From Acanthaster planci (taxonomy: Eukaryota), in the NCBI RefSeq assembly GCF_001949145.1, contig NW_019091404.1:2232001-2294000 (forward strand): a DNA stretch of 62,000 bases, read 5' to 3'. The notes below the pieces were generated by a model, which was given only the letters and a program-made list of their open reading frames with translations, was not told where the DNA came from and searched no databases. This document shows positions 23,101-38,100 of the stretch, one piece after another (the first letter of the stretch is position 1; each line of letters starts with the position of its first letter). A program made the position numbers and the translations under genes.

Positions 23101-26100
23101 GCGGCACTACGGTAATGGTGTCTCATCCGTTTAGTCTAAATATGTACATTTCTTGGTGATATCCTCCGTGTGAGAAGTCTGCCCTTGGCCCTCTTTCTCC
23201 ACAAAGCCGGACGATGGGGTGAGTTCATTCTTCATAGTTGCATAGCCTTGCAGCACCTGAAAACACAGTAATACACCTGTCTGGTTAGTTACCTGGTTCT
23301 TCCCCTCACGGCTCTTGCCGCACAAGAAAGTCCAAGGGCTTGCTAGAAAATAACACGGGAGGGATTCAAACCCATGACCTACTACCTACTAGTGCAGTCA
23401 TTCAACTCAAATGGGTTACCTATGTGGCACTTATTTGCGCATCTTTGAACCATGTGCGACATCCAATGCAAAATGAGTTAGAATTTAACTTATCATCATA
23501 AGCATGCATACTAGAATGCCTGCTTGAATACGACAGCAATCTTAGAATTTAATCCAATCATATGTCACTTTGAAAACCTATAACCTGCTTTCCTATCGAC
23601 TACAATCTCTCATGATTCAAGCAAAATCTTCTATTGTGATTTCTGTATTTCTTAGTGTTTGTATGCTGAACTTTGTGTGGTCCTTTAGCCTTGTGCTTAA
23701 AAAGAGGAACAAATTTGCACTGAACCTCAATCCACTTGTCAGCGTCCTCTTTAGTCTCGGCGCCTAAGTACTCTGTACCACGGCTGGGATGGCTGACAGT
23801 GAACACGTTCTGCTGTTTGCCTTCTTGCCCAACGAAGGTAACAGTGTAGCCGAAGAGCACAAAGTCTTGTGCCGGCTTCTTGGAGCCATAGTTCTTGTAG
23901 CAGAGTAGGTGTAGGTCCTTGGCCAGGCAGTATCGCTTGTCCCACTTAGTGATGGATTTCTTGGAGACTGTCACCACCTTGTTGGAGATGTATAGGAGTC
24001 CTAGGTGGTCCACCTTCGGATCGCCCTCGTGCTGGCCCTTGAACAAGGCCAGTTTGTCCTCCTTCGCCATCTTGGACTTGTCACTGGACTTCTTAGCCTT
24101 GTTGGCATTGGAATCCACCCTGTTGGAGCAAAATATGGCGAGAAATTAACCAACGCAAATAACTCTTTACAAAAATTCGGGCGTACCACTCTTGTCCACA
24201 CGGTCTATGCCAATCTCAACAGAATTCTTCACAATTCAAACAATTATCCAAACCCCCTAAAAAGTTCAACAAGCAATGAATGAAAATGTCCAGACAAGCA
24301 TATTTATTCAATAACCAACAATGTATAGAAATCCATCAAGACAGGTGAAAATGGAAAATCACACTCAATGCCCCAAAAGGGGGCGGAGCTTATTGCACCA
24401 TGTTACTATTAGCTTAATCATTACTAGACAGTTTCAAAAGATGAAAAAAGACATCAGTAATTTAAACCAAATATCTTGAAACAGACATTTCAGTGTCTTC
24501 TTAAATTGCAAGTCTTGAAAAAAAAAGAACTGAATGGAAAAAACACTTACTTCTGGTTCTTTTCTAGTTCATCTTCATCGTAATCCTCATAATCGGTTCC
24601 ACTGAAAAAGGTGTCGTCAAACTCATCTGGAGAAAAGAAAAAAAAAAAAACCAATGTACTGGACTGCTGCCAAGAAAGGTCTTCAACCCAGGAAATTACA
24701 TTTTTGTATCAAGAGGCAACACCTCCTTTTACTGTATTTTGAGAAATTCCAAGTATCATGCCATCTTTCTGAAAGCTGAGCCGTCCAAAGTCAAGAAAAC
24801 TTCAAAGTACTGGAAAAATAAGACTGTCTAACATGGGGGAACAAAACAAGTACTGGGTCTACCGTTTCACCGAATTCAAAGAAAACAAAGGATTTAGGAT
24901 CTCTCGGTCTTTTTTACCAATGGCATCCGGTACATCTTCATAGACCTCTCCTTCATCATATTGCTGCGATGAGGAACTAGAGTTGAAAGATACGGTGGTT
25001 CCTCCACTGTCTAAGGCCTCGGTGAAGGCCTGCCTAGAAGGCAGTGGCAAGGTAGCTGACTTTCCCGTTGGCTTTATGGTGGGAGCATCCTTGGTGGTGA
25101 AGAAAATGGGAGGAACAATGTAGACGTGAACAGAGAGAAACCGGGCTATGCAGGATTGGAACATGAGACCGCTGGATAGCTGCTCCAGTGCTCCAGAGAC
25201 TGGTCTTCCAAGAATAGGGACAGACATTTCTCAGAGAAGGAAAGGAAGGACAACCTTTTCACACTTGGGTCAGAGGATGGTTGTCCTGGTAAGTTCCTTT
25301 TTGTCTGCTTTGTGCCTACGTAAGTAAGCCTTCACCATAAAGCAGCATTGTAGTCCAAACCTCTTTGTGGAAAAATTTGTGAAACTGCTATCTCTCAGTG
25401 CTATCTGAGCCCATACAGTAATTCCATTATGTCCAGTGTTCTGGATTGAAATATAAAGATTTTTATAATAAATTGGGGATTGTAAATTTTGTAGGAGAAA
25501 AAAAATCTGTCTTCTGTAATTTTTGTCTGTCTGCAGAACAGGTAGACAGTGTAGCTGGATGAGATATTACTTACATCTGGTTCTTCATACACTTCCAGGT
25601 CATCTTGGATCTGTCTCTGTGGTGGTCGTTTAGATGTCGGTACAGCAGGTGATCGTGTAGGCTCCTCATAAGTTTCCATTCTAAAATTTAGGAAAATTGG
25701 AAGGGATTTTAAAGAGGAGAAATCTAAACCTAAGCCTCCAACAAACAAACAAGTATACTGTACAAAGCAAAATATTTACTGAACATTCTGTAAAACTAAC
25801 TATCGACAGAAAGGTTTGAAACAGGGAGAAAGCAACAGGAAATGGGCACCGGGCAAATGGCCCTGCGGTAATAAAACTAGTTGGTAAGCTACACGTACAT
25901 GCAACCTCTAAATCGGTCACCAGTGATGAGGGACAATCATGCACAAATTGGATAAACGAAGCTGGTGTTTTCTTGCATGTGCAAAATAAATGTGTACATA
26001 ACTGACAAAGACGACAAGTCCACACAACTAATCCTACAAAAGGATAAAAGTCAATTTCAATTTCTTCGGCTAAGATTCGGCAGAAGTCACTTTCAGACAA

Positions 26101-29100
26101 ACTGTTCGCCCGGAGCATTTCTGAAAACCTGTGTTAGTCTACGATTCGGCACTTGGCTTTGACAACATGTTCATGTGCACTGGCAATCAATTTGATCTTT
26201 GAAAACAACATGAACTCCTGAACTTGCAGGGTTTAGTGATTTGCTTTCCTGACTGATGCTCAGGGGCAGATGTGAATTTAAACTGACCCATCAATCTGAG
26301 CCTGATGTAACATCCTGACCAATCAAAACTGTGATTTCGGACTGACATTTCTGTCCATTTAATGGACTGATTTCCGCTGAAAAGGGACAAGATTACTTTT
26401 CTGAAATATTGAGTTGAGATTATGTGAGGATTGAGGAAATCACAATCTACTCCAACACACAAACATGCAGGAAAACATGAGCAAAACTTCACTGGAGAGA
26501 GGATCTCTGAAATCGGAAGCTGTGTGACCAGCGCTGCCTCATTCCAATGCTGATGAGTGATTGATAGAGATGGAGAAATGAAAAAGTATATGTACATCAG
26601 TCACGAGTGAACTCTGATCTTTGGTGCAATACCTTGGAGATAATCAGTGGATTGAAATTCGATCCAAACACTTGTTCTGAATTCTTTCCTACATACATGG
26701 AGCATTTGGAACCCCAACTGTAAACTTGTGAATATTTTTATCTTTTTCTATAGTTTTCCAGTTCAGGAGACAAGAATAAATTTAGCCATTAATCAAAAAC
26801 TGGTCCTGCTCTGCACCACACCAGGACTTGGACAGCTTTAACACTGGTGGCTAAAGACAATCTGAATTTTCAGACTGAAGGTCACTGATGATGGTGACTT
26901 TTCTCTGCAAAATGTTGATTTTTTTTCTTTCCGTTAATTCTGCATACTTCTTACTTTATTCACTGCCGTCACGAGAAACCAATCTTGAAACCAAAACTCT
27001 CACAAACACAGTGAACGTCCCGACAGAACAGAAGTCAAGAAATGGCCCATCTGTTCTTTTAAGCTTTCGGCCCCATTATCATCATCTTGGGCCTGTGTAT
27101 CCCATCTTAATGCCAATGGAAATGTCAGCGGTGTTTATTCCTCTATGGACGGATGCTTTGAAAGAATCAATTACGCTCCTCACCCGTTGTTCGCATTGAC
27201 GGTATCTGTACTGATGGTCTCATTGTAATAAATACCACCCTGCAGAAAAGAAAACAAATTATCGCTAGAATGTCAGCTAATTAGATTTCTCAGTTCCTTT
27301 TGCCCCTGTTCATACATATGTCGGCATAGGACTGTAAAAATGTGACATCTGTTGTTGCTGTGAAGTTAACTGTGACAAATTATCCTCATCAAGGAACCAT
27401 CTTCACTTCAAGTACATTCCAACATGGTCCACTTGAGTTGGATAACGTTCTACATAAATTCTCCATTTCTGCCATTGTTGGGTGGTACATCGAGACCTGT
27501 TCTTACAGCCAACCACATTAGTAATTTTTGAAGAGGCACTTTTACGTGCCTTGACTGTGACTGACTGAACATTTTACCTCAAAATCTTCTTAAATATTCC
27601 CAAATCCACTGCTGTTAGGGAGCCTAAGAGTAAATGATTTACCATCTGGTCAGTTTTGATGGTGATTGGGTAATAATGCTTTCAATGTTTATAATGTCTG
27701 GGGCATTTGACCTAATGGTTTGGGTTTGTACATGTAGCTTCCGATCATAGGTTTGGGGGTTCGAATCCAGTTGGTGGAAGCATGTTTTGATTTGGCCTGG
27801 TCACTTTACCCCTATGTGCCTCTCTCCATCTAGGAGTGCATGGGCACCTGTGAGGGCAGACGTGGTTCCTATATTTTAACAGGCATTTTTTTCCCAATCG
27901 GTCGAAAAGCAGCAGGGTTAACAAGCAGGGATGTCATGCATGATTAACTCTGCATAAGTTGCTGTGTGAACAGCTATTCTGAAGGCTGCAATGCGGGGGT
28001 GGGGGGGGGGCAGAGAAGGGTGCTGAGAATGAATGAGGCCATGTGCCAGTTCCCCTCCCTCCTCGGGTTACTCTTACCTGTTGTTGTTCTGGTACATGAT
28101 GGGCCTTCCTTGCCAGTTCCCGCTGTTCGGCGGCAAAATCAGTCAGACTTCCATTTAAAAGTTGAGCTGGGGAGAGGGAGAAAATGAGAAAGCAACATCC
28201 ACTGCGCATCAATAGGGGCGTTTCACAATAGTGCGCCTCCAAGAGTTTCAACATACACTGCGCATCAATAGGGGCGTTTCACAATAGTGCGCCTCCAAGA
28301 GTTTGCAATGCGTTGACCAATCACAATGTGTGAAATTTGTCGACCCAATGCGCATTTGGAAAGGGTCAACAGATTTCGCACATTGTGATTGGCTAACGCG
28401 TTACAAACTCTTGGAGGCGCTCTATTGTGAATCGCCCGTATTGATGTAAAGGTTTGAATGGTACACTTCAGTTTCCCTGCTCTTCTTCTCAGTATCTAAC
28501 ATTTGAAACCATGGCAACTGAATCCGAGGCCATTTTCAAAGTCTCGGAAACACCTGTTGGAACAACAACAGAAAATGCACCAATCTTTGGCCTTAACTTA
28601 CACAAAGATAATGTAATGCAGCTGTACATGATATAGACAACGGAGCTGGATAATCCCAGACTTAATACAGGAAACTGAATCCCAATGTTTCAAAATTCCC
28701 TTCAAAATTCTCTGCTGTTCTTTACCCAAATCTTGAGCCTCTTCCTTTTTGAGGATGGGGAGAGGGGGCCAGTGGGAAGAACTTGAACTCACCTTTAGGA
28801 GGATCCGGTGGGCTAGACTTTGGAATGGTGCAATGTTGCTCAATGTAGTCTTGAATATTCTGGTTGTACTTGTCCACCTGAGCCTCCAAGGCACTGGTCA
28901 GCTTGCAAGTGGTCAGATCACTCAAGAACTGCTGGAAGCCAGGCAACAGCTGCTCCAAAGCTGCAAAACAAAGAAAAATTGAACAAAATATGCGGATATA
29001 CAACGTACATGTATACTGGTGGGTAATTCAAGGGGCCAATTTCATAGAGCTGCTTAAGCACAAAATTTGCTTAAGCATGAAAAAACCTTGCTTGACAAAT

Positions 29101-32100
29101 CATGTTACCAGCCAAAACCCCAGGTGATGTACTGGTATATTGTTTTGGAACGGTATTCACCTGTCGTTTGGTTAGCATGACAATAACGCAGCTTTTGAGC
29201 TGGTAACCTTTGTGTTTTAAGCAAGGTTTTTTGCGCTTAAGCAAATTTTGCACTTAAGCAGCTCTATATTAGGCGTCCAAAAGTGTGACATTTTCGTGTC
29301 CCTGTTACATCTGACCTTTGCTATTTGACATGAAAATATCACCGGAATTGATTTCAAACTATTACTATTTGTTTGACAGGTAATTTGCATAAATTCATCA
29401 CTCTTGGAAATTAGAAGATGTGTTCTGAACTTACAAAATTATACGTCAGATTTGACAGGGGCACGAAAAAAAATGGACCCCTGATTTCTGGAATTACCCT
29501 GGTAAGAACCAAAAGAATTATAGGCATGAAAAGGCACAAATTTAATCTCCAAGCAAGAGTGACCTGTAATAAATTGTTTCTAAAGTGGAAATGCCTGACA
29601 CATTGATCTTATAAGCAGAATCTTCTGAAGACAAAGATCACCAAATCTTTCTTAATTAATGGCAAAGAATTTATGAGTTCTTCACCTGCACGTACAAGTA
29701 AGGCTGGACCAGCAGCCGCTTCCATCTTTTCCAAAATATGAAGCAACAAAAGACTGGCATTAATTGAGGCTTTCGAAATAGACAGCACACATTCAATGTT
29801 AACAAACCCTCTAAATCTTTCACTCATCAAAACGCTTCACTTTTTCACCCTTTATACAGATTTTAAACGCCCATATGAAAAATCCAGTAACATACAACAT
29901 GTACATGCACACTTCGCACAGCTCTTTTGGGGAAATTCCAGGTGAAAGTAACCATTCATAGCCACTCTCGATACAAGTTTTTTTTTTGTTGTGCTGCACA
30001 AACAAACTTGAACTTTTTCATATCCTGGATTTGGCATTGTTCCTGTGGTATACATTTCACATGTGTACTAAATCTTACCCAGATGGCTTTCAAATGCCAA
30101 AAGGCTTTGAATTCATGTGACACTTTTGTTGGGAAGAAGGAAGTGGCCCCCCAAAAAATTGTGGATTTCAACCTGAAAGTACTCCCACTACATGTATAGA
30201 TGTTGACATCAGTAGGTAGAAGGAGAAAAGATGACCTCAGAAAACTATCAAAAAGTTTTTCCAGTCCAGGACAAAGTTTTGAGCAGATGCTAAGCTAATA
30301 TTGCTGAAAAAAAAAAGACTTGCAATCAAGTCTTCAGGTAGTCATGCTTGTCCTCCCCGGCTCTAGCAATATCAACAAACACTGTGCCCTCCTATGCTGA
30401 AGTCACTCTTTGGGTCACTTGGTAAACACCTCAAAGAAGCACAGCTGTATTGTGTTGTGCACTGCACCAACATGCAAGAGAGTGACCTTGGGCACTTGTG
30501 CATATTTGTGCTGTAAAACCAATGGAGGGTTTTAATTAACTTGTGGTGCAAAGGAAACAGTTTATTTGCCTTTATACTTGTAGCCCATATTCAAGTGTCA
30601 AACAAATTAAAGACACTTTGTCTTAGGCTTCACTGATTAATTTAGCCAAGAGCATGAGAAATGAATGTTATGGACATTACGTGATATAGCATGGCTTTGA
30701 CCTTTGGTACATTTATGCAAGAACTCTTTGAAGTTACTTCCTTTAGCTTTTTATACAAACAATGTTGCACTAGGTCTGAGTACATTCTTTCCGGGCATGA
30801 ATTGAAAGTTAGAAAAAAGTACCCCTGTATTGTCCAATTTTGTTAATTAACCCTCCTTTGGTTTTACAGCACAAATGTGTACAAGTGCCCAAGGTCACTC
30901 TCTTGCATGTTGGTGCAATGCACAACACGACACAGCTGTGCTTCTTTGAGGTGTTTACCAAGTGACCCAAAGAGTGACTTCTGCATAGGAGGGTTAAAGC
31001 TGTTACGGACATTACATTTTATGTTGCAGACATTACATATATAGAAATATGTCACAGTTGGTGTGGAATTGTCCTCTTAATGTATGCCTGTGGTTCAACG
31101 TTCTGACATGACTGGTAGATGACGCACATTCACACTGACGACAAGGTTGCACTGTTTATTATAAATAAACTTGGCGGTGCAGGCAGACTAAACCTGCCCA
31201 TTTCCGACTTAACTGAAATCTAAGCAAAAGCAGCTGGGAACCAGTCACTGGCAGTGTATGTACATGTACACCAGATGGCATTTGGCTGGTTACCTGTGTT
31301 GGCTGTATCTTTAGTGCTTAGCAGATTACCGTGCTATTAGCAGCTGCACATGTACACTGTATATATGGGGAAATTGGACCAAGGTTTTAGCTGATGTCCA
31401 AAAATAGTCACAATGTCCTAATCACGTGATTGGAAACAGATCACGTACATGTACATGTAATGTGCTGGTGTTTAAACTTTTGCTCTGCCGATATCAGTAC
31501 TCACAATCCATCAGAGATACACCTTTGTAAATGTACATGTATCACTAACAAAGGGGATTTATAGAGGCAATAATATGAAGGAAGGTTTAAAAATGAACCT
31601 CAATCCAACTCAATGCTCTAGACATCTCCAGGCAAAGTCTTACAGACAAGTGCAGTCTCCTGAAGACTTGTTGGGAGGCACCTGGCAAAATCTTACAGAC
31701 AAGTACAGTCTGCTGAAGACTTGTTGGAAGGCACCAAGCAAAGTCTTACAGACAAGTGCTGTCTGAAGAAGACTTGTTGGAAGGCACCTGACAAAGTCTT
31801 ACAGACAAGTGCAGTCTCCTGAAGACTTGTTGGAAGGCACCAGGCAAAGTCTTACAGACAAGTGCTGTCTGAAGAAGACTTGTTGGAAGGCACCAGGCAA
31901 AGCCTTACAGACAAGTGCAGTCTCCTGAAGACTTGTTGGAAGGCACAATTAAAATGAAACTTTGAGAAGATGGCTTGTGGGAATTCCAGCTTTCTTATAC
32001 ATGTACACATGTGAAGAATCTTGGTTTTATAATAAAATGTACATGAACATGTGGGTACTAAGGAGTTTAAACAACCAATACTGAAACCAGTTCCTAACCA

Positions 32101-35100
32101 TACGAAACTGCTATAGTATACCAATGACTGTAAACAAACAATATATCACATGCATCAACCACCTGATAATACATGCGTACATGTGCATACATACAGTACT
32201 GGGTACAGAGAGAAAAACTGTGCACTTTGACAAGGTACAAAAGCTGTTGAAGGTACATGTACAATGCACCTTGTAATTAATTGGTCCCTGGTTTCTGACA
32301 AACTGCTAGGGAGCTTTGTAGAACTGGTCCCCGCTGGATAAAACTACCAGTATCAAGAATTGTATGGAAAACAGCCAAAGGCAGTAGGCACTCACCGGCA
32401 GGCTATCTGCCGGAAGTTTAAAAAAAAAAAAAAGTCACTACTGTCGCTGAACAAGCTTTCAATTGGAAAAATACTTGGAAAAGTACTTCCTGCAAAAATT
32501 GTCCACTTTTTTTTCAATTTATTTCAATACGATAAGGTGCTTTTTTGTAACCAACAATTTGCATTATTTTGTTTCTTTTTAGATCTTAAATTTCAGGTAC
32601 ATGTATGTGCACTCTGCCGGAAGTTAAAAACTGAAAAATATCCATACTATGTGTACTACTATACAAGTTTTCAATTAGAACGTACATGGAAAAGTACTTT
32701 CTGCAAGGATTGTTCATATTTTGTTCACTTTACTTTAACACATGTACATCAGATAAAAGTGCATTTTTTGAGCCAGCACTTGGCACTGTTGAAATTTCAG
32801 TTCTGTTCTTTTTGATATCTAAATTTCGGGTACATGTACGGTACCTATTGCCTACTAGTACACTTAAGCATCTTTGCTACGAAGGAAGTTCGGGCATTTT
32901 TCTTGCATGAAAAGAACTGAAGAATCAGCAAAGTGTACACAGATCTATGCACATGAGACCAGTTTGAAGTGCTTGTACATGTGCCAATATACATGTATTT
33001 GCTTTCTTGATGTTGTACATCGTGTATGCACACAACCGTACTCACACCAAATTGATGGCATGGGGCCATTTTATATACCGGGGTACAGGTACATCTACAT
33101 GTAGGCCTACGAATACCAATATTCTAGCAATTACACACATACAGTGTTTATCAGTTTTATTTAAGTACATGCACAGTGTATTGAAGAGAACATTAAAATG
33201 ACACTGACAAAGGCACGTCTTGTAATAACATCTTCATCCCATTTACAATATTTTTGAAGCACAAATCGTGTATTGAAGAGATTTTTAAAAATTGTACAGA
33301 AGTGAAAAAGGAACATCCTATAGCATCGTCATTGTTCATCCAAAATGAAAAGAAGGTGTCCCATCATTCTTTGAGGATACATGCATATGTGTTTGTACAT
33401 TCGGGCTGATCACAATGTGCACTTGCTACGGTAGCATGCGTCACACGTGGAACACGTTTTTGTAACGAGGTCACCCAACGCCAATAGACCTGAAACAGAA
33501 GACCACATATTGACCGGTGCGCCAGCATACATACAACCACAATCTAAATAATTCAGTGTTTGGAATACCGGTGTGGTTAAGCTGCAATTAGACCTAAACA
33601 AGAAAAACATGGGCATGACGAAGATAATGAAAACTTGATGGATTGGAATGGTTAGAATGCATGCAATAATGCCAAACAAAATGAGAGATAAACATGGAGA
33701 TCTTTTAAGTTACAAAATGAATACATGCAGCCTATGTATTACTTTTAGGAAACAATAATACAGTAAATTAACATTCATTCTTGATTAATTACACAAAAAT
33801 AGAATAATGTTGTACCCTCTAAATTACAAATTTTATAGAATTGCTAAAATTTGGCATATGAATACATGTACATCATGTACAACTAAATCTACCCGGTATG
33901 TACATGTATTTGTTTGTTTTCTGTGCTGAATGCTCCCTTCTTTTCTCACAGCAAAAAAAATCAAGATGATATTGCAACATGTAAATGTACTTCTTTACGT
34001 ATCAAATGTACATTGTAGCTAATAACCGGAGTCCCTTCTCTCGTGATCCGTTTCTGTATATTGTGTGTGCTGGCTATTCATCAAGCTGACAAATTATGCA
34101 ATTTCGGGGATCACACATAAATTTGGCAGAACATGGTCATTTTATGACACCAAAGGATGCAATGTACATGTACATGTGTGTGCATATGTACAAATCTTTT
34201 TCCACAGTTTATGTCAGCGTGTGTGTTGAACATCCAATTACAAATACAACGTAAGTTTTAATAAAAAATTCGGGAGATGAGATCTATCTCGATTGTTTGA
34301 CTCAAATTAACATTTAGAGAATCTGGAAGATAAATTTCTCCCTGAAATGGATGAGTAACATCAAGCTTGTGTCTGATGGAATTGGACCTGGGGGATTTTA
34401 GAAGCCTGAGGAATATGCCGAGAGGATCTACAAACATAGCCAAATTTGATGGGTCTACATTGAAACTCAACGAAGGATCCAGAAAATATGGAGCCAAAGA
34501 ATTTTCCGGTTTTGCATATAAACATGCATTTTGTAAGGATTATTCACATTTACATGTAACAGGACATGTACAAATAAAAAACACAAAAACGCTCAGGGGT
34601 TCCTGGCAGAAATCTTGTTACTGGCTCCCTTTTGCACTGTTATTGCATTATTTCCTTTTAACCTACATGTACATGTTCAGTAACACCACCGATGTCTGCT
34701 ACCTGCCATGCTTCAGGTTATACTGAAAGGCAGAAAAGGCCTCCCCCTCTTCCGTCTCTTTATCTTTTTGCTCAGAGTAGCATCAAATACCAAAGTACCC
34801 GTATTATTTTAAGGACAGATACGTACACAAGCAGAAACGGGGAGTGAGATATTTCCCTGAGTGAAAGTGCAGCGCCAAGCCACACAATCATAACCTGATA
34901 TTCTCGGCACAGTTTTTGCTTGGACCTTTTTTCATCATCTGCCAAACAGGGCAACTTTGTTCTGCTCAGTTTTGAAAGGGGTGAGAAAAAGATTCTTTGA
35001 CACCATTCTTAAATAGTTTGCTATTCCTTCGATTAGAATACATGCATGGGCATCACCGGGATTTTTCCAAGAGGGCAAACCATTTTTCCCCCACGGGGTG

Positions 35101-38100
35101 GGAAATTTCCTAAGGGCAAGCTACACATAGGTCTATACTATTACTATACTGGTGAAACGAAAGGGTGGAAGGGTGACATTTTTCCTCTCTTATTTCCATT
35201 TCCTTCGTTTTTTCCCATGTTTTTCAAAATGTTCCCCCATTTTTTAAAGGGTGGGGGGCAAATGCCCCCCTCTTGCCTTCCCCTTACAATGCCCATGAAT
35301 ACATGTACCGGTGGTCATGTAAATGTTACACCAGGTACAGTGTGCACTTTAATGTTTCCTTAAAAGTTGGGATTTTATTTATAGCAGTGTTTACAAAGCA
35401 GTAAGCATATCTGGGGAATATTTTTCTCCCTTTCAACTTGCATGTTTGACCTTTAACATTATGGGCAGACTGCAAAATTTTGCCAAAACAATCCAATTCA
35501 GAAGAAATCACCCAACGTACAAGTAGGAAACTAAGTTTCCTGACATTCTACAGGCTAGGTACATGCAGACCAGCATGTGGAAAGGCAATAAAGGATAAAA
35601 CACTGGAACGTCGGTTGGACAGGAAGTTTGCCAACCATGTTGTGTCATTTTACATTCCACTACTGAAAGTACATTCTTCTAGCAAAAGCATAATATAGAC
35701 CCTATTCCATTGGGGGAATTGGGCAAAAAGTAGAAATTTTCCCACCCAATTATATTTCTCTCCATTTCTATCTGAATATTTTTTTAACACCAGAACAGCA
35801 GAAGCAAACAGGAAGTTGATGGGAACATTTTCTTCCTTGTTTATTCATGGTACCACACCATTTTACATCTTAAGAATTATATCACAAGCTTCCTTGACAT
35901 TCCATGTACACGTGGAACGTAACGAGAGACCAAAATGCTAGAACATCATTTTGACAGGGAATTTGCCAACCAATTTGTGTCATTTGGCACTCTACTGTTG
36001 ACACATTCCACCACAAAAACAAATTCCCCCTTTCGAATTTGGCAAAAAAAGACAGAAATCTGCACATGAACTTATTTTTCTTTCAATTTCTTTTCGGTTT
36101 ACTTTTTTGAGTAAACCAAAATAGTGGGAACGAACAGGAAGCTAAGGGGAACATTTTCTTCCTTGTACATTCGTAGTACTTCCGCCTTCACGGGATGCCG
36201 GAAAAAGGATCCAACAAAAGAAGCTATAGCATCTAGTTGTCTTCCTTTGAGGCCCAGAATGCAAGGCGTATACTGAGGAACAATAGTCGGGTGCATGAAA
36301 GAGCCTTTTGAAATGTGTACATCTAATGGTACTTCAATTGAGGGGTGTGTTTGCTGTTATTGAAAATTTATGACACACTTCTGGAAAGCCGACATACCGG
36401 TACAAGCATCAGTAATATGTCTACATCCAGATTCAGTCAGGTAGAGACTAATAAACCAAACATGTAGAAAGGTCAAGGCATTGAAATGAGGAACATTTCA
36501 TGTCACATTAAACAAGCATGGTCAGAGATTCTTACATGCCACTTGGTACTCATTCCCTGCAATGGCTGGGAAAATCGGTACATGAATAGACACAGTCACT
36601 GAAAAAAAGTCGCATACGTGATGATAACCGGTACCCAGTACATGTCCACTGTACATACTGCAGCCAGAAAGTAAATATTCAATCTTGACAACCAGGACCT
36701 ATTTGCTCTCTGGGGTCAGCCTGTCCTTGCCAATATGTACATGTATATCAGGAATTTCTGACTAATAATTGGCCCATACTAGTATTGCTGTAATAGAACA
36801 ATATTGACGATAGGTATTCCATAGGGCTACATGTGAGATCAAAAGCTTTTAAGCCTCAAGAGAATTACATATGTGCCAGTATTATGCAGCAAGTCAAACA
36901 TTGTATCTACATGCAAGGATAACAATGGGCCCAAAGGGTCAGTTTTGTCCACCTGACAAAACGATCTTACCCCTATGATGCGTCAGTGGGTGTGAACAAT
37001 ACACCAATGTTTCTTCAAGTGTTTGGGCTCACATCCTTCCAAGCACAAATTTATGTTTAATCAAATACACTTTCCTAGTCACTGCCAGAGAGTTCAGCCT
37101 TGGCTTCAGGGGTGAACTGCTCAGGCTATGTTTACACACTCACAAGGGCTGAGGCTGAGGATAACATGGCCACTTATAGAAGCCAATAGGCAATACCTTA
37201 GTGGTTTCAACTACTTCCCACAGACATGTATAATTCCCAACTACAGCCAGAATTCAATTCAGCAAAAGCCAAACTTTAGTTGTAATGTTACAAATAATCA
37301 TAACCTCACAAACAAATGCATTTCTTAAAAATTATAACGATATACAATAAATTTATACATGCACAGTTAAAAAAGATACAATGTACATGTATTTTTGTAC
37401 ACTAACCCGTGCTAGAAGCAATAGCGCCCAATTATTCTGTTGCAGAGGGAAATAATGAAAAGAGGAGAGGTGCAACTTTTATAAAGAGCTGAAATATAAC
37501 AGTGTGTGTCACTATGGGTATGACACCATCCTTCACTGCATGTGTGACAAATACCAAACCTGTCACAGACGGGTGCATAAATTCAATGCTTTTCTCTGTG
37601 TTCTCAGAAACGGTTTAAAAGCAGTGTACATACAATATCATACATTTACATGTACGTATCTACAATGTACAGGTGTACATGTACATGTACGCATCTACAA
37701 TGTACAGGTGTACATATGTATGCAAAGTGTACACCATGTACATGTATGTACATGTAGGTACAAGCACATGCACAGTTTGCCATATTGGACATGTACTCGT
37801 ACATGTGTATGCTCAGTTTACAGGCTACGGACTACAGTAAGTAAATTAACAACAGGCAACCTCCTGACCTGTGAAAAACAGAAAGGCTAATTGCGGTTTA
37901 AAAAGTTTAAATCTAGAATTACCGGTACATGTAAACATGTACGCAGTTGGTCTTTACAAATTTCCTAACTTTATCACGATTTCTGTAAATGTCTGATTTT
38001 TACACATTTCCAGTACCTTTCCAGGATTGGAAAATGAACTATTGTGTTTCTGTTGATGATAGGCCGGTACATGTACAGCATGTCTGTATTTATGTACCAT

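Noticed and set aside
27701..27780. tRNA gene
   Set aside because: A and B boxes are present but there is no cloverleaf or acceptor stem, and it continues into a SINE-like body.
31628..31946. CRISPR-like array of palindromic repeats
   Set aside because: No unique spacers, eukaryotic intron and no cas genes; it is a minisatellite.
34367..34726. 119-aa ORF as a nested gene in intron 1
   Set aside because: Non-ATG start, no recognisable domain, no supporting exon chain, and the 3' half is low-complexity intron sequence.
34772..34940. Intronic C/D-box snoRNA on the minus strand (ATGATGA ... CTGA)
   Set aside because: The boxes are about 165 nt apart, with no convincing terminal stem and no rRNA-complementary guide that I can recognise.
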